The notes under the pieces were generated by a model. It worked only from the letters and a program-made list of their open reading frames with translations. It was not told where the DNA came from and ran no database searches. From a virus (Duplodnaviria > Caudoviricetes), in the IMG/VR virus record IMGVR_UViG_3300048893_000075, positions 1 to 43,817 of that record: a DNA stretch of 43,817 nt, one strand, 5' to 3'. Shown here in pieces: positions 1 to 8,896 of the stretch. The number at the start of each line of letters is the position of its first letter. Within the stretch, counting starts at the first letter, position 1. The translations under genes were made by a program, and so were the position numbers.

Positions 1-127
1 GCATAGGTGGCGCACCTCAGCAGTGTACATACCCTAGGCTTTATACCTTGGCGGCATGCAGGATGACTATACGAGTACATCTACCTTAACTAGGTAGCTC
101 TGAGCAACAGCACGGCGCGCTTCGCAA
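1..127. repeat. Terminal direct repeat (identical to 43691-43817); circular assembly overlap
   Basis: Exact 127-bp match of the window start and end; 127 is a common assembler k-mer size. Confidence 0.95.
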
Positions 128-219
128 GATGATCGAGTCGGTCTCGTTAAAGCATAGTGCTTAAAATAGTTGTCTCGGTCAAATCCCTGCCTTACTACCG
201 CATTGCATGCGTTCTCTAC
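1..219 (+). ncRNA. 3' part of stem-closed RNA domain G (starts at 43627, spans the junction, about 283 nt)
   Basis: 191-213 CTTACTACCGCATTGCATGCGTT pairs with 43632-43654 (23 bp, one G-U); no credible ORF. Confidence 0.6.
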
Positions 220-226
220 TTGTACA

Positions 227-393
227 TACATCAAGCTAGCTGGCTGCATAAGTGTCTAGGCTCCATGCCTATAGAACTGGTAAGTGTGTCTCCAGTCTTA
301 TGCAGTCAATACTGGCGGCGAGAAGGCACAAGAAGCGGTTACGCGCCGAATATGCAACGTAACATTGCCGCCAGTACCAGCCAGCTTGATGTA
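227..393 (+). ncRNA. Stem-closed RNA domain H (three-way junction)
   Basis: TACATCAAGCTaGCTGG pairs with CCAGCcAGCTTGATGTA; inner stems CTGCATAAG/CTTATGCAG and TACTGGCGGC/GCCGCCAGTA. Confidence 0.6.
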
Positions 394-398
394 CACCC

Positions 399-582
399 GA
401 GGGTATAGGGTTGGTCACAAAAAAATAGGTCAACTACCACATCGCCGTGAGTTGTTATGCGAAATGGGCGGCAAGTGAGCAATCGCCTTTCACGTCGGAG
501 CCTATGACAGCGAATAGTTCTTAAGCAAGGCGGTTTGTGGGGTGGCTCGCCTACTTGCCATTGTGACCAGCTCCATACCCTC
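399..582 (+). ncRNA. Stem-closed RNA domain I
   Basis: 399-420 pairs with 561-582 (22 bp, two G-U, one A-C); inner stem GGCAAGT/ACTTGCC. Confidence 0.6.
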
Positions 583-610
583 ACTAATAGCGAAAATTAA
601 GGAGATATTT

Positions 611-1078
611 ATGGGAAACCAGGAGTTCTTGAGCGACGTGGTTGCTACCACTGATGAGTATTGGGTAGTAGCTAAGCAGTGCTTTAACCGAGTGTACTTT
701 GAAACGAAACGTACTGATGACAGCATATTGTTGATTTCTATACCGCAGTTTGAGAGAGGTAGAAACTTCGAGGAGCTAACAGTCAGAGAAGTGCGCCAGA
801 TTGAGAATATGCCCGTAGATACGAACATACCACTATCAGATAGTTACTCACCATTCCAATGGGGTTATAGAATGAAAGATTTCTATAGAGGATTTAGAGT
901 ACGCGGTAATTGCAGAGAGTTCCTAATCAAAGCACTGCAACTAGACTCATCAGATATACACGAGTATGAGAGCCTGATGCTAGAGCTGGTGAAAGCGCAA
1001 GAAGCTGACACACAGGGTAACGACTTGGCTACGACCGACCCAGAAGCTACGACCGACGTGACCAATCCGCCCAAATAA
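611..1078 (+). CDS. Hypothetical protein
   Basis: TAAGGAG ribosome-binding site before ATG 611; the longer ORF from 542 overlaps RNA domain I. Confidence 0.75.
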   Translation: MGNQEFLSDVVATTDEYWVVAKQCFNRVYFETKRTDDSILLISIPQFERGRNFEELTVREVRQIENMPVDTNIPLSDSYSPFQWGYRMKDFYRGFRVRGNCREFLIKALQLDSSDIHEYESLMLELVKAQEADTQGNDLATTDPEATTDVTNPPK

Positions 1079-1120
1079 CAGAAGTAACCCCCACCACATA
1101 AACCATATAAGGAGGCCAAT

Positions 1121-1303
1121 ATGCCGAAACTAAGCGATGACGCCGTTAAATTCATAGAAGACAGATCAATTATTGATAAGTTTGAGACATTAGCCGAGTA
1201 TATCCCCAAAGAATTTCAGACTGGGCATATACCAGGACTGCGGGAAGAAGTTGACGACTTTATCCAAGAGCTAAAAGAACTAGTTGATGAAGCGAAAAGC
1301 TAG
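1121..1303 (+). CDS. Hypothetical protein
   Basis: TAAGGAGG ribosome-binding site; 60 aa. Confidence 0.75.
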   Translation: MPKLSDDAVKFIEDRSIIDKFETLAEYIPKEFQTGHIPGLREEVDDFIQELKELVDEAKS

Positions 1304-1313
1304 TAGGCCATAC

Positions 1314-1556
1314 ATGGCAAAACACCCAAAAGCAGACAAAAAGTTTGCAGACAGCTTTACAAAGAATGTTAACGAAAGTGATAGCTTCCCGGACTTCTTC
1401 GCAAGGATGTTAGGGGAACACTCTACCAAACCAGAAGAACCCACCAAAAGATGTGCATGCGATTATTGCCTGGTTATGCCTCACGCATCAGATTGCAATT
1501 TACATAATGGCGAGCTAATGACAGGTCGGGGCTGCACATGCCAAAGTTCAAAGTAG
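1314..1556 (+). CDS. Small Cys/His-rich hypothetical protein
   Basis: CACDYC...H..DC..H...C.C; fits the operon packing. Confidence 0.6.
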   Translation: MAKHPKADKKFADSFTKNVNESDSFPDFFARMLGEHSTKPEEPTKRCACDYCLVMPHASDCNLHNGELMTGRGCTCQSSK

Positions 1557-1720
1557 GCCAGAAAGTATACATACTGGGTACGGTATTTGCCGAGGAGGCA
1601 ACAATAAAGGCCGTGTTACCAAAAAGGCGATTCTTCAGACAGAGATACCTCGTGCTAGAGAATGTACTTAGCAATTACCCAAAAACATTAAGTGAAACAA
1701 GATTAATTGAACGTCAATAA
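1538..1720 (+). CDS. Small SH3/KOW-like hypothetical protein
   Basis: N-terminus PKFKVGQKVY is typical of small phage beta-barrel proteins. Confidence 0.6.
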   Translation: MPKFKVGQKVYILGTVFAEEATIKAVLPKRRFFRQRYLVLENVLSNYPKTLSETRLIERQ

Positions 1721-1815
1721 CCCCCCACAAGCCCCTAAATAGTACAGGAAACAAAACAGCACCATTGTGGTCGCTCCTGTACTGCTTAAGGGCTTGTGGT
1801 GTTAGAGAGGAATAT

Positions 1816-2184
1816 ATGAGAGAGATTAAATTCAGAGCTTGGGTAAGAGCAGGCAAAAATATCCCCTATGTGATGTACCAGGATCGAGACATGTCTTTGG
1901 TGTTTAAGCTCGACAATAAGGGCGGCTTTGAAAAGTACCACGCCGAAGATTACGCACTTATGCAATACACAGGCCTAAAAGATAAGAACGGGACAGACAT
2001 CTACGAGGGCGACATTGTAACCCCAGTAAGAGGGGCCGTACAGCACATAATCGAATGGCAAGCAGAGGGCGCGGGCTATATAGCTATACCCATACGTGGC
2101 CCCGGAGCCAAGTCACTAGTAAATGCTGCTACACGGTTTGTGGTTGTGGGTAATATTCACGAAAATCCGGAGCTGTTGAAATGA
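1816..2184 (+). CDS. YopX family protein
   Basis: MREIKFRAW...LMQYTGLKDKNG..IYEGDIV...VVGNIHENPELL signature; GAGG site before ATG 1816. Confidence 0.92.
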   Translation: MREIKFRAWVRAGKNIPYVMYQDRDMSLVFKLDNKGGFEKYHAEDYALMQYTGLKDKNGTDIYEGDIVTPVRGAVQHIIEWQAEGAGYIAIPIRGPGAKSLVNAATRFVVVGNIHENPELLK

Positions 2185-2351
2185 GCAGACTAGATGATTA
2201 CGCTATAGCTAATAAGAACGGGATTGTAGTAATTGAGCTTTCAGAGCTTAAAGAACTCATGTCCGAACTTTGGGTGTCAGCTATGACTGAGGCGCACGTA
2301 AAGGACAAAAACGAAGAAGATACCTTCGATAAGTTCGTGGCAGAATTATGA
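2181..2351 (+). CDS. Hypothetical protein (56 aa, not in ORF track)
   Basis: ATGA overlap with the YopX gene stop; MSRLDDYAIANKNG...FVAEL. Confidence 0.6.
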   Translation: MSRLDDYAIANKNGIVVIELSELKELMSELWVSAMTEAHVKDKNEEDTFDKFVAEL

Positions 2352-2439
2352 CCTCCCTATCATCCCTATATAAAGAAACAATAGCGCCCCTCAATAAAGA
2401 GCTTGGGCGCTTATTAAATCCAACGAAAGAGAAATAACT

Positions 2440-2739
2440 ATGAGTAAAGAATTACCCAAAGGGGAAGCCAAAGAGCTTCTAAAAGATTTACATAAGAACG
2501 ATAACGCAACATTCAAAACCTACTGGAACGGTGCAAAGAAAACCGCTAAGACCCTAAGCCAAATGGTCATCGGTGCAGCAGCAGTAGCTACACTCGCCAC
2601 ATCAGCCCTAGAAATTAAGGGCTACGATTACCACTATCCCCAACTAGTAATGTACGCCCTGTGTGTAGCCTGGGGCCTTATGGCAGCAGTAGCCTTAAAA
2701 GTACTAGGTAAGTATCTGTACGAGCAGGGGAGCAAGTAA
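2440..2739 (+). CDS. Membrane protein (two transmembrane segments)
   Basis: Two hydrophobic segments. Confidence 0.7.
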   Translation: MSKELPKGEAKELLKDLHKNDNATFKTYWNGAKKTAKTLSQMVIGAAAVATLATSALEIKGYDYHYPQLVMYALCVAWGLMAAVALKVLGKYLYEQGSK

Positions 2740-2860
2740 TGGCTACTAAAATAACCGTTGTTGATGAGTCTAAGACAGAAAATTACATAACCCTACTAAC
2801 TGATGGCGGTGTGTTCCGTGAACTAGATGGACGCATAAAACTTTATTGGGAGGCATTCTA

Positions 2861-3121
2861 ATGCAAGCTTGGCAAAAGGCAGAAATGGAAAAAGCCATGG
2901 GTGGCTTAAAGAGCGTACCCATAACCGTACATAAGGCATATGTAGCCTGGCAGAATCCAGCAGATGCAAACCACAAGCTCTGGCGATTAGTAGCCGAAAA
3001 AGATGGCCAACTTGTCGAACTGCACACTTACACAGAATCACTAACTAAAGAAGGCAGGCACGACGTCGAAATGTACAAAGATACATATATGCGGCGGTGT
3101 GTGCGTAACCCGAAAGGATAA
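2861..3121 (+). CDS. Hypothetical protein
   Basis: GGAGG site before ATG 2861. Confidence 0.7.
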   Translation: MQAWQKAEMEKAMGGLKSVPITVHKAYVAWQNPADANHKLWRLVAEKDGQLVELHTYTESLTKEGRHDVEMYKDTYMRRCVRNPKG

Positions 3122-3122
3122 T

Positions 3123-3641
3123 ATGGCAGAGTTAAGTATCCGTGAACGGCTACAAATGCCTTTCGACCCATCAGATATTGAGTGGCGCATCCAGCAGGCA
3201 GGCATTAAACAAATGGGTAATGCTGACGGCTGGGCCATGGTCTTGGCCTATGTGACTAACCGAGCTATCCAAGAGCGCCTAGATGACGTATTCGGCATAG
3301 AGGGTTGGCGCAACGAGTTCAAACAGGCTCCTGACGGCGGCACACTCTGCGGCATATCCGTTAAGTTTGGTGAAGAGTGGATAACCAAGTGGGACGGCGC
3401 AGAGAATACCCAGGTAGAAGCTGTAAAGGGTGGCCTATCTGGAGCTATGAAACGCGCAGGCGTGCAATGGGGTATCGGTCGCTACCTATACAACCTTGAG
3501 AGTAACTTCATAAAGCTATACCGCGAACGCGATGAGCACACAGAAAGTTACTATCACAAGGAAACGAAAACCAAGTATTACTGGTCCCCGCCTAACTTAC
3601 CAAAGTGGGCACTACCAGCCGTTGTTGAGAGTCAAAAATGA
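3123..3641 (+). CDS. sak: Rad52/Rad22-family (Sak-like) single-strand annealing protein
   Basis: PF...IEWR, LAYV..RAIQERLDDVFG..GW, KGG.S.AMKRA.VQWGIGRYLY motifs. Confidence 0.9.
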   Translation: MAELSIRERLQMPFDPSDIEWRIQQAGIKQMGNADGWAMVLAYVTNRAIQERLDDVFGIEGWRNEFKQAPDGGTLCGISVKFGEEWITKWDGAENTQVEAVKGGLSGAMKRAGVQWGIGRYLYNLESNFIKLYRERDEHTESYYHKETKTKYYWSPPNLPKWALPAVVESQK

Positions 3642-3982
3642 AAGTACAGCTAAGTGCTCAGCTTTTAAAAGTAGAGAGCAGAGCAGACAGAACATATAAG
3701 TTAATCTTCAACACTCAGGAACTAAAAGGGGAAGAGGCCGCAAAGCTTCTCCCCCTTTTATTAAGCCAAGGATGGTTGCTGTTCTCGCCAACCGAGCTAG
3801 AAGCAACTGATGTGCCTGACTATAAGCCGGACGGACTGACAGGGCAAAAGAGTCAAGCGCAGCGCATCCGCGGCGCATTGTACCGCAAATGGGAACAGCA
3901 GGGTAAAAAGGGTGACTTTGAAACGTTCTACACAATTGCCACTGAGCGGTTTATAGATCAGATCAAAGCAACTCTTGAATGA
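3638..3982 (+). CDS. Hypothetical protein
   Basis: ATGA-coupled to sak; 114 aa. Confidence 0.75.
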   Translation: MKVQLSAQLLKVESRADRTYKLIFNTQELKGEEAAKLLPLLLSQGWLLFSPTELEATDVPDYKPDGLTGQKSQAQRIRGALYRKWEQQGKKGDFETFYTIATERFIDQIKATLE

Positions 3983-4013
3983 ATCTAACGATCAATTAGA
4001 GCAGGGGATATAC

Positions 4014-4217
4014 ATGGGTAAATACATTTGCCAATTTAAAACAACGATACGGGGCGAGCTGACTATAGACGCGCCTAGCATAGAAGACGCTGACGCTATG
4101 GCTGAGGATATGGCCGCTGACACATTAAGCTACGAAGACCTGACTAGCGGCGGCAAATATGTGCCAGACGTTGAGACTGAGTTCGAGAACATTTACGAGC
4201 AGGATACGGCTGCATGA
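4014..4217 (+). CDS. Acidic hypothetical protein
   Basis: ORF in operon; start could also be 3975. Confidence 0.6.
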   Translation: MGKYICQFKTTIRGELTIDAPSIEDADAMAEDMAADTLSYEDLTSGGKYVPDVETEFENIYEQDTAA

Positions 4218-4483
4218 ACGCACCACAGACAATGCTAGACCTCTTTGCCCAAAGCAAGGAGCAATGGCTAGCAGAAGCACGGAAAACAGCTAGGGAGCTG
4301 CTCAAAACACGCTTGGCGATAACTATCGAGGATGTGCTAGAAGTTTGCCCTAAACCCGCTTATTTGCATAGAAACACAATCGGCGGGGTATTCCAGCACT
4401 CCGACTTTCGGGTGTGCGGGTATGCATTGGCTAAAAAGCCAAGTTCACATAAACGGCTTATTAGGCTATGGGGGTTGAAATGA
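4214..4483 (+). CDS. Hypothetical protein, possibly winged-helix DNA-binding
   Basis: ATGA-coupled; the fold is a guess from the helix/strand pattern. Confidence 0.6.
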   Translation: MNAPQTMLDLFAQSKEQWLAEARKTARELLKTRLAITIEDVLEVCPKPAYLHRNTIGGVFQHSDFRVCGYALAKKPSSHKRLIRLWGLK

Positions 4484-4653
4484 TACAAGAGTTACTCGCT
4501 TACTGGAAAGAATATCAAGCGCTTGATGATTACAGGCTGTCCATTGACTACAAATCATATGATCCTACCGCATATGACGGTCAGGGCGCGTATCACAAAA
4601 GCGTAGATGGTTTTATGAACTGGCTAGCTGATACGTATAAGGGGGAGAAATGA
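4480..4653 (+). CDS. Hypothetical protein
   Basis: ATGA-coupled. Confidence 0.6.
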   Translation: MIQELLAYWKEYQALDDYRLSIDYKSYDPTAYDGQGAYHKSVDGFMNWLADTYKGEK

Positions 4654-4730
4654 GCGACCTCCCCAAATCAATAAGAGCCTATCGCCGTCGAGACCTGGAA
4701 GAATATGGTGATTCATAGGTGGTGCCCTAA

Positions 4731-5117
4731 ATGTGGCAAAGAAAAAGGCAAGCCAAGGGGGTGCAAATGCAAGGATTGAAAACCAAGCCCTGCAAACTTT
4801 GTGGTGGAAACTCACACACAACCATGCAGTGCTTCTTGCAGCCTAGAAAGCAGATGAAGCCAAGCAAGCCCATGAAGCCACAAGGCAAAATAGGTAAGAA
4901 GCTATCAGCCCAAAGCCAACAGTGGCGCAAAGACAACCCTCCAAATCACGAGGGTTTTTATATTTGCTACATGTGCGACAAGTGGATAACGCCCGAAGAA
5001 ATGGATGTCGAGCACACCAAAAGCAAGGCACGGAATCCACAACACAGATTTACTAAAGAACTATTAAAGCCCTCGTGTGGCACTTGTAATGCCCTAAAGG
5101 GTAGTAAGGACAATTAG
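4731..5117 (+). CDS. HNH endonuclease with N-terminal zinc knuckle
   Basis: CYMC...MDVEH...CGTCNALKG and CKLCGGNSH....C; start uncertain. Confidence 0.85.
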   Translation: MWQRKRQAKGVQMQGLKTKPCKLCGGNSHTTMQCFLQPRKQMKPSKPMKPQGKIGKKLSAQSQQWRKDNPPNHEGFYICYMCDKWITPEEMDVEHTKSKARNPQHRFTKELLKPSCGTCNALKGSKDN

Positions 5118-5378
5118 ATGGCAGGAACAACAGAAGGTGGTCAAAGCGCCCGGGACACTAACACTAAGAGATATGGCCCCGACTACTACAGGCGCATTGG
5201 CGCAATAGGTGGCCGCAAGGGTACAACTGGCGGCTTCTATGCGAACCGTGAATTAGCTAGGGAGGCCGGGCAAAGAGGCGGCAGAAAGTCAAAACGAACC
5301 TACACCAACCCACAGCGTGAAGCTAAATCAAAGATGATGAAGCAGCTCTGGGCAGATTACAAACTTAAGAAGGATTAA
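5118..5378 (+). CDS. KGG-repeat (stress-induced-like) small basic protein
   Basis: MAGT..GG...YY.RIG..GG.KG.TGGF.AN.ELAR.AG..GG..S. Confidence 0.8.
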   Translation: MAGTTEGGQSARDTNTKRYGPDYYRRIGAIGGRKGTTGGFYANRELAREAGQRGGRKSKRTYTNPQREAKSKMMKQLWADYKLKKD

Positions 5379-5382
5379 CAAT

Positions 5383-5526
5383 ATGCAACCAACAAACCAA
5401 CCAGTAAAGAAACTACGCGGCCTAGCAGCCGCATCACCCGAAACTCGTAGGCGTGTTGCCAGCCTAGGCGGCAAGAAGTCGAAGGGCGGGGGACGGAAAC
5501 CACAAGATGACAGTAACCAAAACTAA
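5383..5526 (+). CDS. Second KGG-like protein (47 aa, not in ORF track)
   Basis: Translates as MQPTNQPVKKLRGLAAASPETRRRVASLGGKKSKGGGRKPQDDSNQN; AAGGA site upstream. Confidence 0.65.
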   Translation: MQPTNQPVKKLRGLAAASPETRRRVASLGGKKSKGGGRKPQDDSNQN

Positions 5527-5734
5527 AAGGGAATGGTGGAATGGCTACATCGAACCCAAACAAACTAAAAAAGATAGGCGCAGCATTCATCTTGATACTC
5601 GTGATTGGTATATGCGTACTTGCGATATGGTTCTATCTATTTCTCGCAGGATACGTAGATTGGCATCCAATGTGGCGGTAAAAGTAAGTAATAAACAAGC
5701 CCATCCCTGGAGGGATAAGTGGCCTAAGGAGTAG
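5507..5734 (+). CDS. Basic hypothetical protein
   Basis: ORF in operon. Confidence 0.5.
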   Translation: MTVTKTKREWWNGYIEPKQTKKDRRSIHLDTRDWYMRTCDMVLSISRRIRRLASNVAVKVSNKQAHPWRDKWPKE

Positions 5735-5736
5735 GT

Positions 5737-6069
5737 ATGCCTAGATTCTATTTAGACGATGAAGAAATCCCGAAAAATACCTGGGTAGACTACCTGGTAA
5801 TGGCCATCGTAATTTCGTCTCTAGTTTCGTTTGTAATCTGGATAGCGTGGTTCTTTGGTGGTGGTTACAAGAAGACATGTATAAGTACTCAGAAGATAAC
5901 TGAGGTACAAGCAGTAGGGCACAAGTACGACACATCCTACTACATACGTGGCGATGGTGGTGGCGTGCTCAATACTGACGAGCTTGTACAGGTCGGTCAA
6001 ACGTACTGCTTCGCTGACAAAACAGAGGCAACACAACGCGAGCCTTTTAGGGAGTGGATCAAACCCTAA
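5737..6069 (+). CDS. Single-pass membrane protein
   Basis: AAGGAG site; hydrophobic segment at aa 20-40. Confidence 0.7.
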   Translation: MPRFYLDDEEIPKNTWVDYLVMAIVISSLVSFVIWIAWFFGGGYKKTCISTQKITEVQAVGHKYDTSYYIRGDGGGVLNTDELVQVGQTYCFADKTEATQREPFREWIKP

Positions 6070-6154
6070 CCAAACACCTCTCCCCACCCCACTACCAAAG
6101 GTGGGGAGAATACCATATAGAGCGTTTACAGCAGCCAGCGAGTAAGGAGTGATT

Positions 6155-6394
6155 ATGGATTCAGAAAACAGCCGCGAATCAACCTTTGGCGAAAAAGCCG
6201 TAGGTGTTGGTTTTAACCCCTCAAAGAATGAAAAGGTTGACAAACTTAAAGAGCACTACGCTGCAATCATTGACATCCTAAACAGTGACCGTGGTGAAAA
6301 CCGTGACGAACGCGCCCGTCTCGCTTCCGTGGCCATTACCGAAGCACAAGGCGCTCAAATGTGGGCTGTCAAAGCAGTCACCTTTACACGCTAA
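6155..6394 (+). CDS. Acb2/Tad1-like helical hairpin protein (candidate nucleotide-signal sponge)
   Basis: FNPS...VD.LK...A.IID...RLASVAITEAQGAQMWAVKA resembles the C-terminal helix of Tad1/Acb2-type proteins; TAAGGAG site. Confidence 0.55.
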   Translation: MDSENSRESTFGEKAVGVGFNPSKNEKVDKLKEHYAAIIDILNSDRGENRDERARLASVAITEAQGAQMWAVKAVTFTR

Positions 6395-6459
6395 TAAGTT
6401 AACACGTCGCTGGCCGCTGCTAGCGCTCTAAGAACCATAGAACAAATAAAGGAGTTTAT

Positions 6460-6612
6460 ATGAACACCACCATCAAGATAACCCTTGAGTTCCTACTCTA
6501 TATAGCAATTTTCGCATTTATTGATTGGACCACACCACTTGATTACACGGGAATGATAGCAGGAGCAGGACTTTTCCTAGCAATTAAACATGAGTATAAG
6601 GAACACAAATGA
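6460..6612 (+). CDS. Small membrane protein (50 aa, not in ORF track)
   Basis: AAGGAG site; hydrophobic; ATGA-coupled to the next gene. Confidence 0.55.
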   Translation: MNTTIKITLEFLLYIAIFAFIDWTTPLDYTGMIAGAGLFLAIKHEYKEHK

Positions 6613-6842
6613 TCACCCCACAAAAACTACTAGAAGACTTCACTAAAGATATTGTAGCCAACCCTGGTAGCCGTCCAGAACTAATAGCAGGCTACGCTTC
6701 CACCCTACAGAGTAGAGATGATGCTATTAGGAGAGAAACGCTTATGTTCGCCCTAGATGCCTGTGGTGGGCAGAATATCTGGATAAAAGAGCGTCTCGCT
6801 GAACTTGAGGCTATCCATGCCAAACCAGACCCCAGACCATAA
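6609..6842 (+). CDS. Hypothetical protein
   Basis: ORF in operon. Confidence 0.65.
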   Translation: MITPQKLLEDFTKDIVANPGSRPELIAGYASTLQSRDDAIRRETLMFALDACGGQNIWIKERLAELEAIHAKPDPRP

Positions 6843-6986
6843 ACACCAATACAAACGAGTCTATCAAACCCGCCTCATACACAGTCAAACCAGGTATGTA
6901 CTCTTTTGGATATGTGACATACCTGGCTGTAGTTATAGGGAGGCGACAGATTTAGTGGCTGAGAAGCCAGGAACGGAGAAATAAGA

Positions 6987-7241
6987 ATGGGATTTTTTAA
7001 ATCAATCAAACCAGAAATTAAAGTAATCTCGGTTAAACATGAAAAGCGTACCTTTACAGAGAGCGACGACTTCAGTGATTTTTCCTATGGAACATTAGGA
7101 CACCAGACATCGCGTAATAATACAAAAACCTACACACATAATGTCACGATTGTCCTCTTGGCTAAAGACGGTGAGCTTACTTACAAGGAATTCAACGGTA
7201 AGTGGGATCTTGATGAGGTTAAAAAGTGGGAGGAGCTATGA
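6987..7241 (+). CDS. Hypothetical protein
   Basis: GGAG site; 84 aa. Confidence 0.7.
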   Translation: MGFFKSIKPEIKVISVKHEKRTFTESDDFSDFSYGTLGHQTSRNNTKTYTHNVTIVLLAKDGELTYKEFNGKWDLDEVKKWEEL

Positions 7242-7819
7242 CCATCCACACTAACCCATCCAAAGCCCACGGCTGCCCTTGTGCTGCTTGCAACCAAAAA
7301 GTAACCCTATCAGACGTAGCAAGCCCAAATCCCAGCCCAGAAGCTAGCAAAGTACTAGACAGAGCTATCCAGCGCTCTATTGATGAGCAGAATAGTATGA
7401 GTAGTGAAGCTCAGTCAGTTACGGATACACCAAAAACGTATCCGACTGGGGGTGAGCGCGACGAGTTGCACCAAGCCCGATTTTCAAATCTAGCATCAAT
7501 TGTAGAGGGTGGCTTAGCTGAGTGGGGTTGGGATCTTGTAACGGCAGATGAGGCAATCAAGAATATCGTAAGTGAGGTTATGATCTATTGCGACCAGTAC
7601 ATGCTACCTAGAACAGAGGTTGCAGCCCAACTTGAAGCAGCCAAGGCAGAGGCACGGCTGGAAGAACGGAACGCAGCCACAGCCTTCCTAAACAAACTTG
7701 TCGATAACGATGTAGATAATGAACTTGAGGCAACAGATGTTGTAGCCTGCTTTGAACAGAGCTACATCAAGAACGCCCTCACCACCCCTGTATATAAGCC
7801 TAATGAAGGAAAGCTATGA
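7238..7819 (+). CDS. Hypothetical protein
   Basis: GGAGG site; ATGA-coupled. Confidence 0.7.
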   Translation: MTIHTNPSKAHGCPCAACNQKVTLSDVASPNPSPEASKVLDRAIQRSIDEQNSMSSEAQSVTDTPKTYPTGGERDELHQARFSNLASIVEGGLAEWGWDLVTADEAIKNIVSEVMIYCDQYMLPRTEVAAQLEAAKAEARLEERNAATAFLNKLVDNDVDNELEATDVVACFEQSYIKNALTTPVYKPNEGKL

Positions 7820-8070
7820 AAGTATCAGTTTACGCCGACACCTTCAATAGCCGCAATGAATCCACTCTTGTTTGGGAAGGTGACATGTCGTGCATACCAC
7901 GAGAGGGTGACATTATATTCATCATTGAAGGCTGGGGCGGTGCACGAGTGACGCATGTCTACTGGGAGCTTACCAATAATTCCGTGGAGCTGCATATAGA
8001 CGACCAGAACGAGGCATACAAACGCCACTTTGATTCCAAGAACACTGTAGTGCCCCCACATAACCAATAA
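7816..8070 (+). CDS. Hypothetical protein
   Basis: ATGA-coupled. Confidence 0.7.
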   Translation: MKVSVYADTFNSRNESTLVWEGDMSCIPREGDIIFIIEGWGGARVTHVYWELTNNSVELHIDDQNEAYKRHFDSKNTVVPPHNQ

Positions 8071-8080
8071 GGAGATAGAT

Positions 8081-8407
8081 ATGGAAGAAAGACGGGTAAT
8101 TTATACCTCGAAACCACGCACAGTTATCGACAAATATGAGACTGAGTTTATAGCTCCAGAAAACTGGGGCACGTTTGGAGAATTCATAGGGGCACGTCGT
8201 CCTAAGCAGCATAGCCGATACAGCCCCGAAGAAAGAGAGGCCAAAGACCGCCGCAAGTACGGCAAATGCCCAGGATGCCAGAAGAAACACGCCGATGACG
8301 ACAAAATCTATTTTGCCCAGTCAGTCTACAAAAACGGTAAGTGCTTAGGCAACCTATTTGCATGCGAAGCTTGTGCCCTAGCATTTAACGGGAGTTTGAA
8401 GTCATGA
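8081..8407 (+). CDS. Zinc-finger hypothetical protein
   Basis: CPGC...CEAC; TAAGGAG site. Confidence 0.7.
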   Translation: MEERRVIYTSKPRTVIDKYETEFIAPENWGTFGEFIGARRPKQHSRYSPEEREAKDRRKYGKCPGCQKKHADDDKIYFAQSVYKNGKCLGNLFACEACALAFNGSLKS

Positions 8408-8742
8408 CTACTAACACCAACCAGGACAGTACAGAAGATCTACGGGAGCAAATAGCACAGCTAGTAGATCGCGCCAAGGGCTACGGCTACCCCATGACAA
8501 CCAATGATGCGACTGATGCCATCATGTCCCTCTTCACCAATCAACTCACGGTAAGGGAGAAGCACACAATACCCGATGATCTAGTGACTCCGATCAAGGA
8601 TATGTTCGACTGGGTTCATGAGCACAGCAGCTACTTTGAGGATACCTATGGCGGTAAGAATTTTGCCGTACCCGGAAGCGTAGACTGGAGAATCCAAGAA
8701 TTTCTAGAACAGGCCACCTTGCCAGAGCAGGAGCGATTATGA
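8404..8742 (+). CDS. Hypothetical protein
   Basis: ATGA-coupled. Confidence 0.7.
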   Translation: MTTNTNQDSTEDLREQIAQLVDRAKGYGYPMTTNDATDAIMSLFTNQLTVREKHTIPDDLVTPIKDMFDWVHEHSSYFEDTYGGKNFAVPGSVDWRIQEFLEQATLPEQERL

Positions 8743-8896
8743 GCAAAATGACGTATAGTCTGCCGGCATACACGGTAGTCGCTATTACTATATCGGCGGC
8801 ATTCATATATGTAGGCTTTGTTAAAAGAGATGCCGTAATGGTGGTGACGCTCTTTGCAGTTGCACTTGTGCTGATATATTGCGGAAAGGTTGAAGT

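Noticed and set aside
55-105. Group I intron core in domain G (GACTA followed by a P8-like hairpin)
   Set aside because: No TAGTC-type partner follows the hairpin and no gene is interrupted
1-127. Biological terminal repeat of the virion DNA
   Set aside because: The length equals a common assembler k-mer and the junction falls inside RNA domain G; better explained as a circular assembly overlap
67-584. Short ORFs on both strands in 67-584, 42664-43172 and 43512-43770
   Set aside because: No ribosome-binding sites, odd composition, and they overlap strongly paired RNA domains
1028-1057. Direct repeat GCTACGACCGAC (two copies)
   Set aside because: It encodes an ATTD peptide repeat in a low-complexity C-terminus; no sign of a regulatory role
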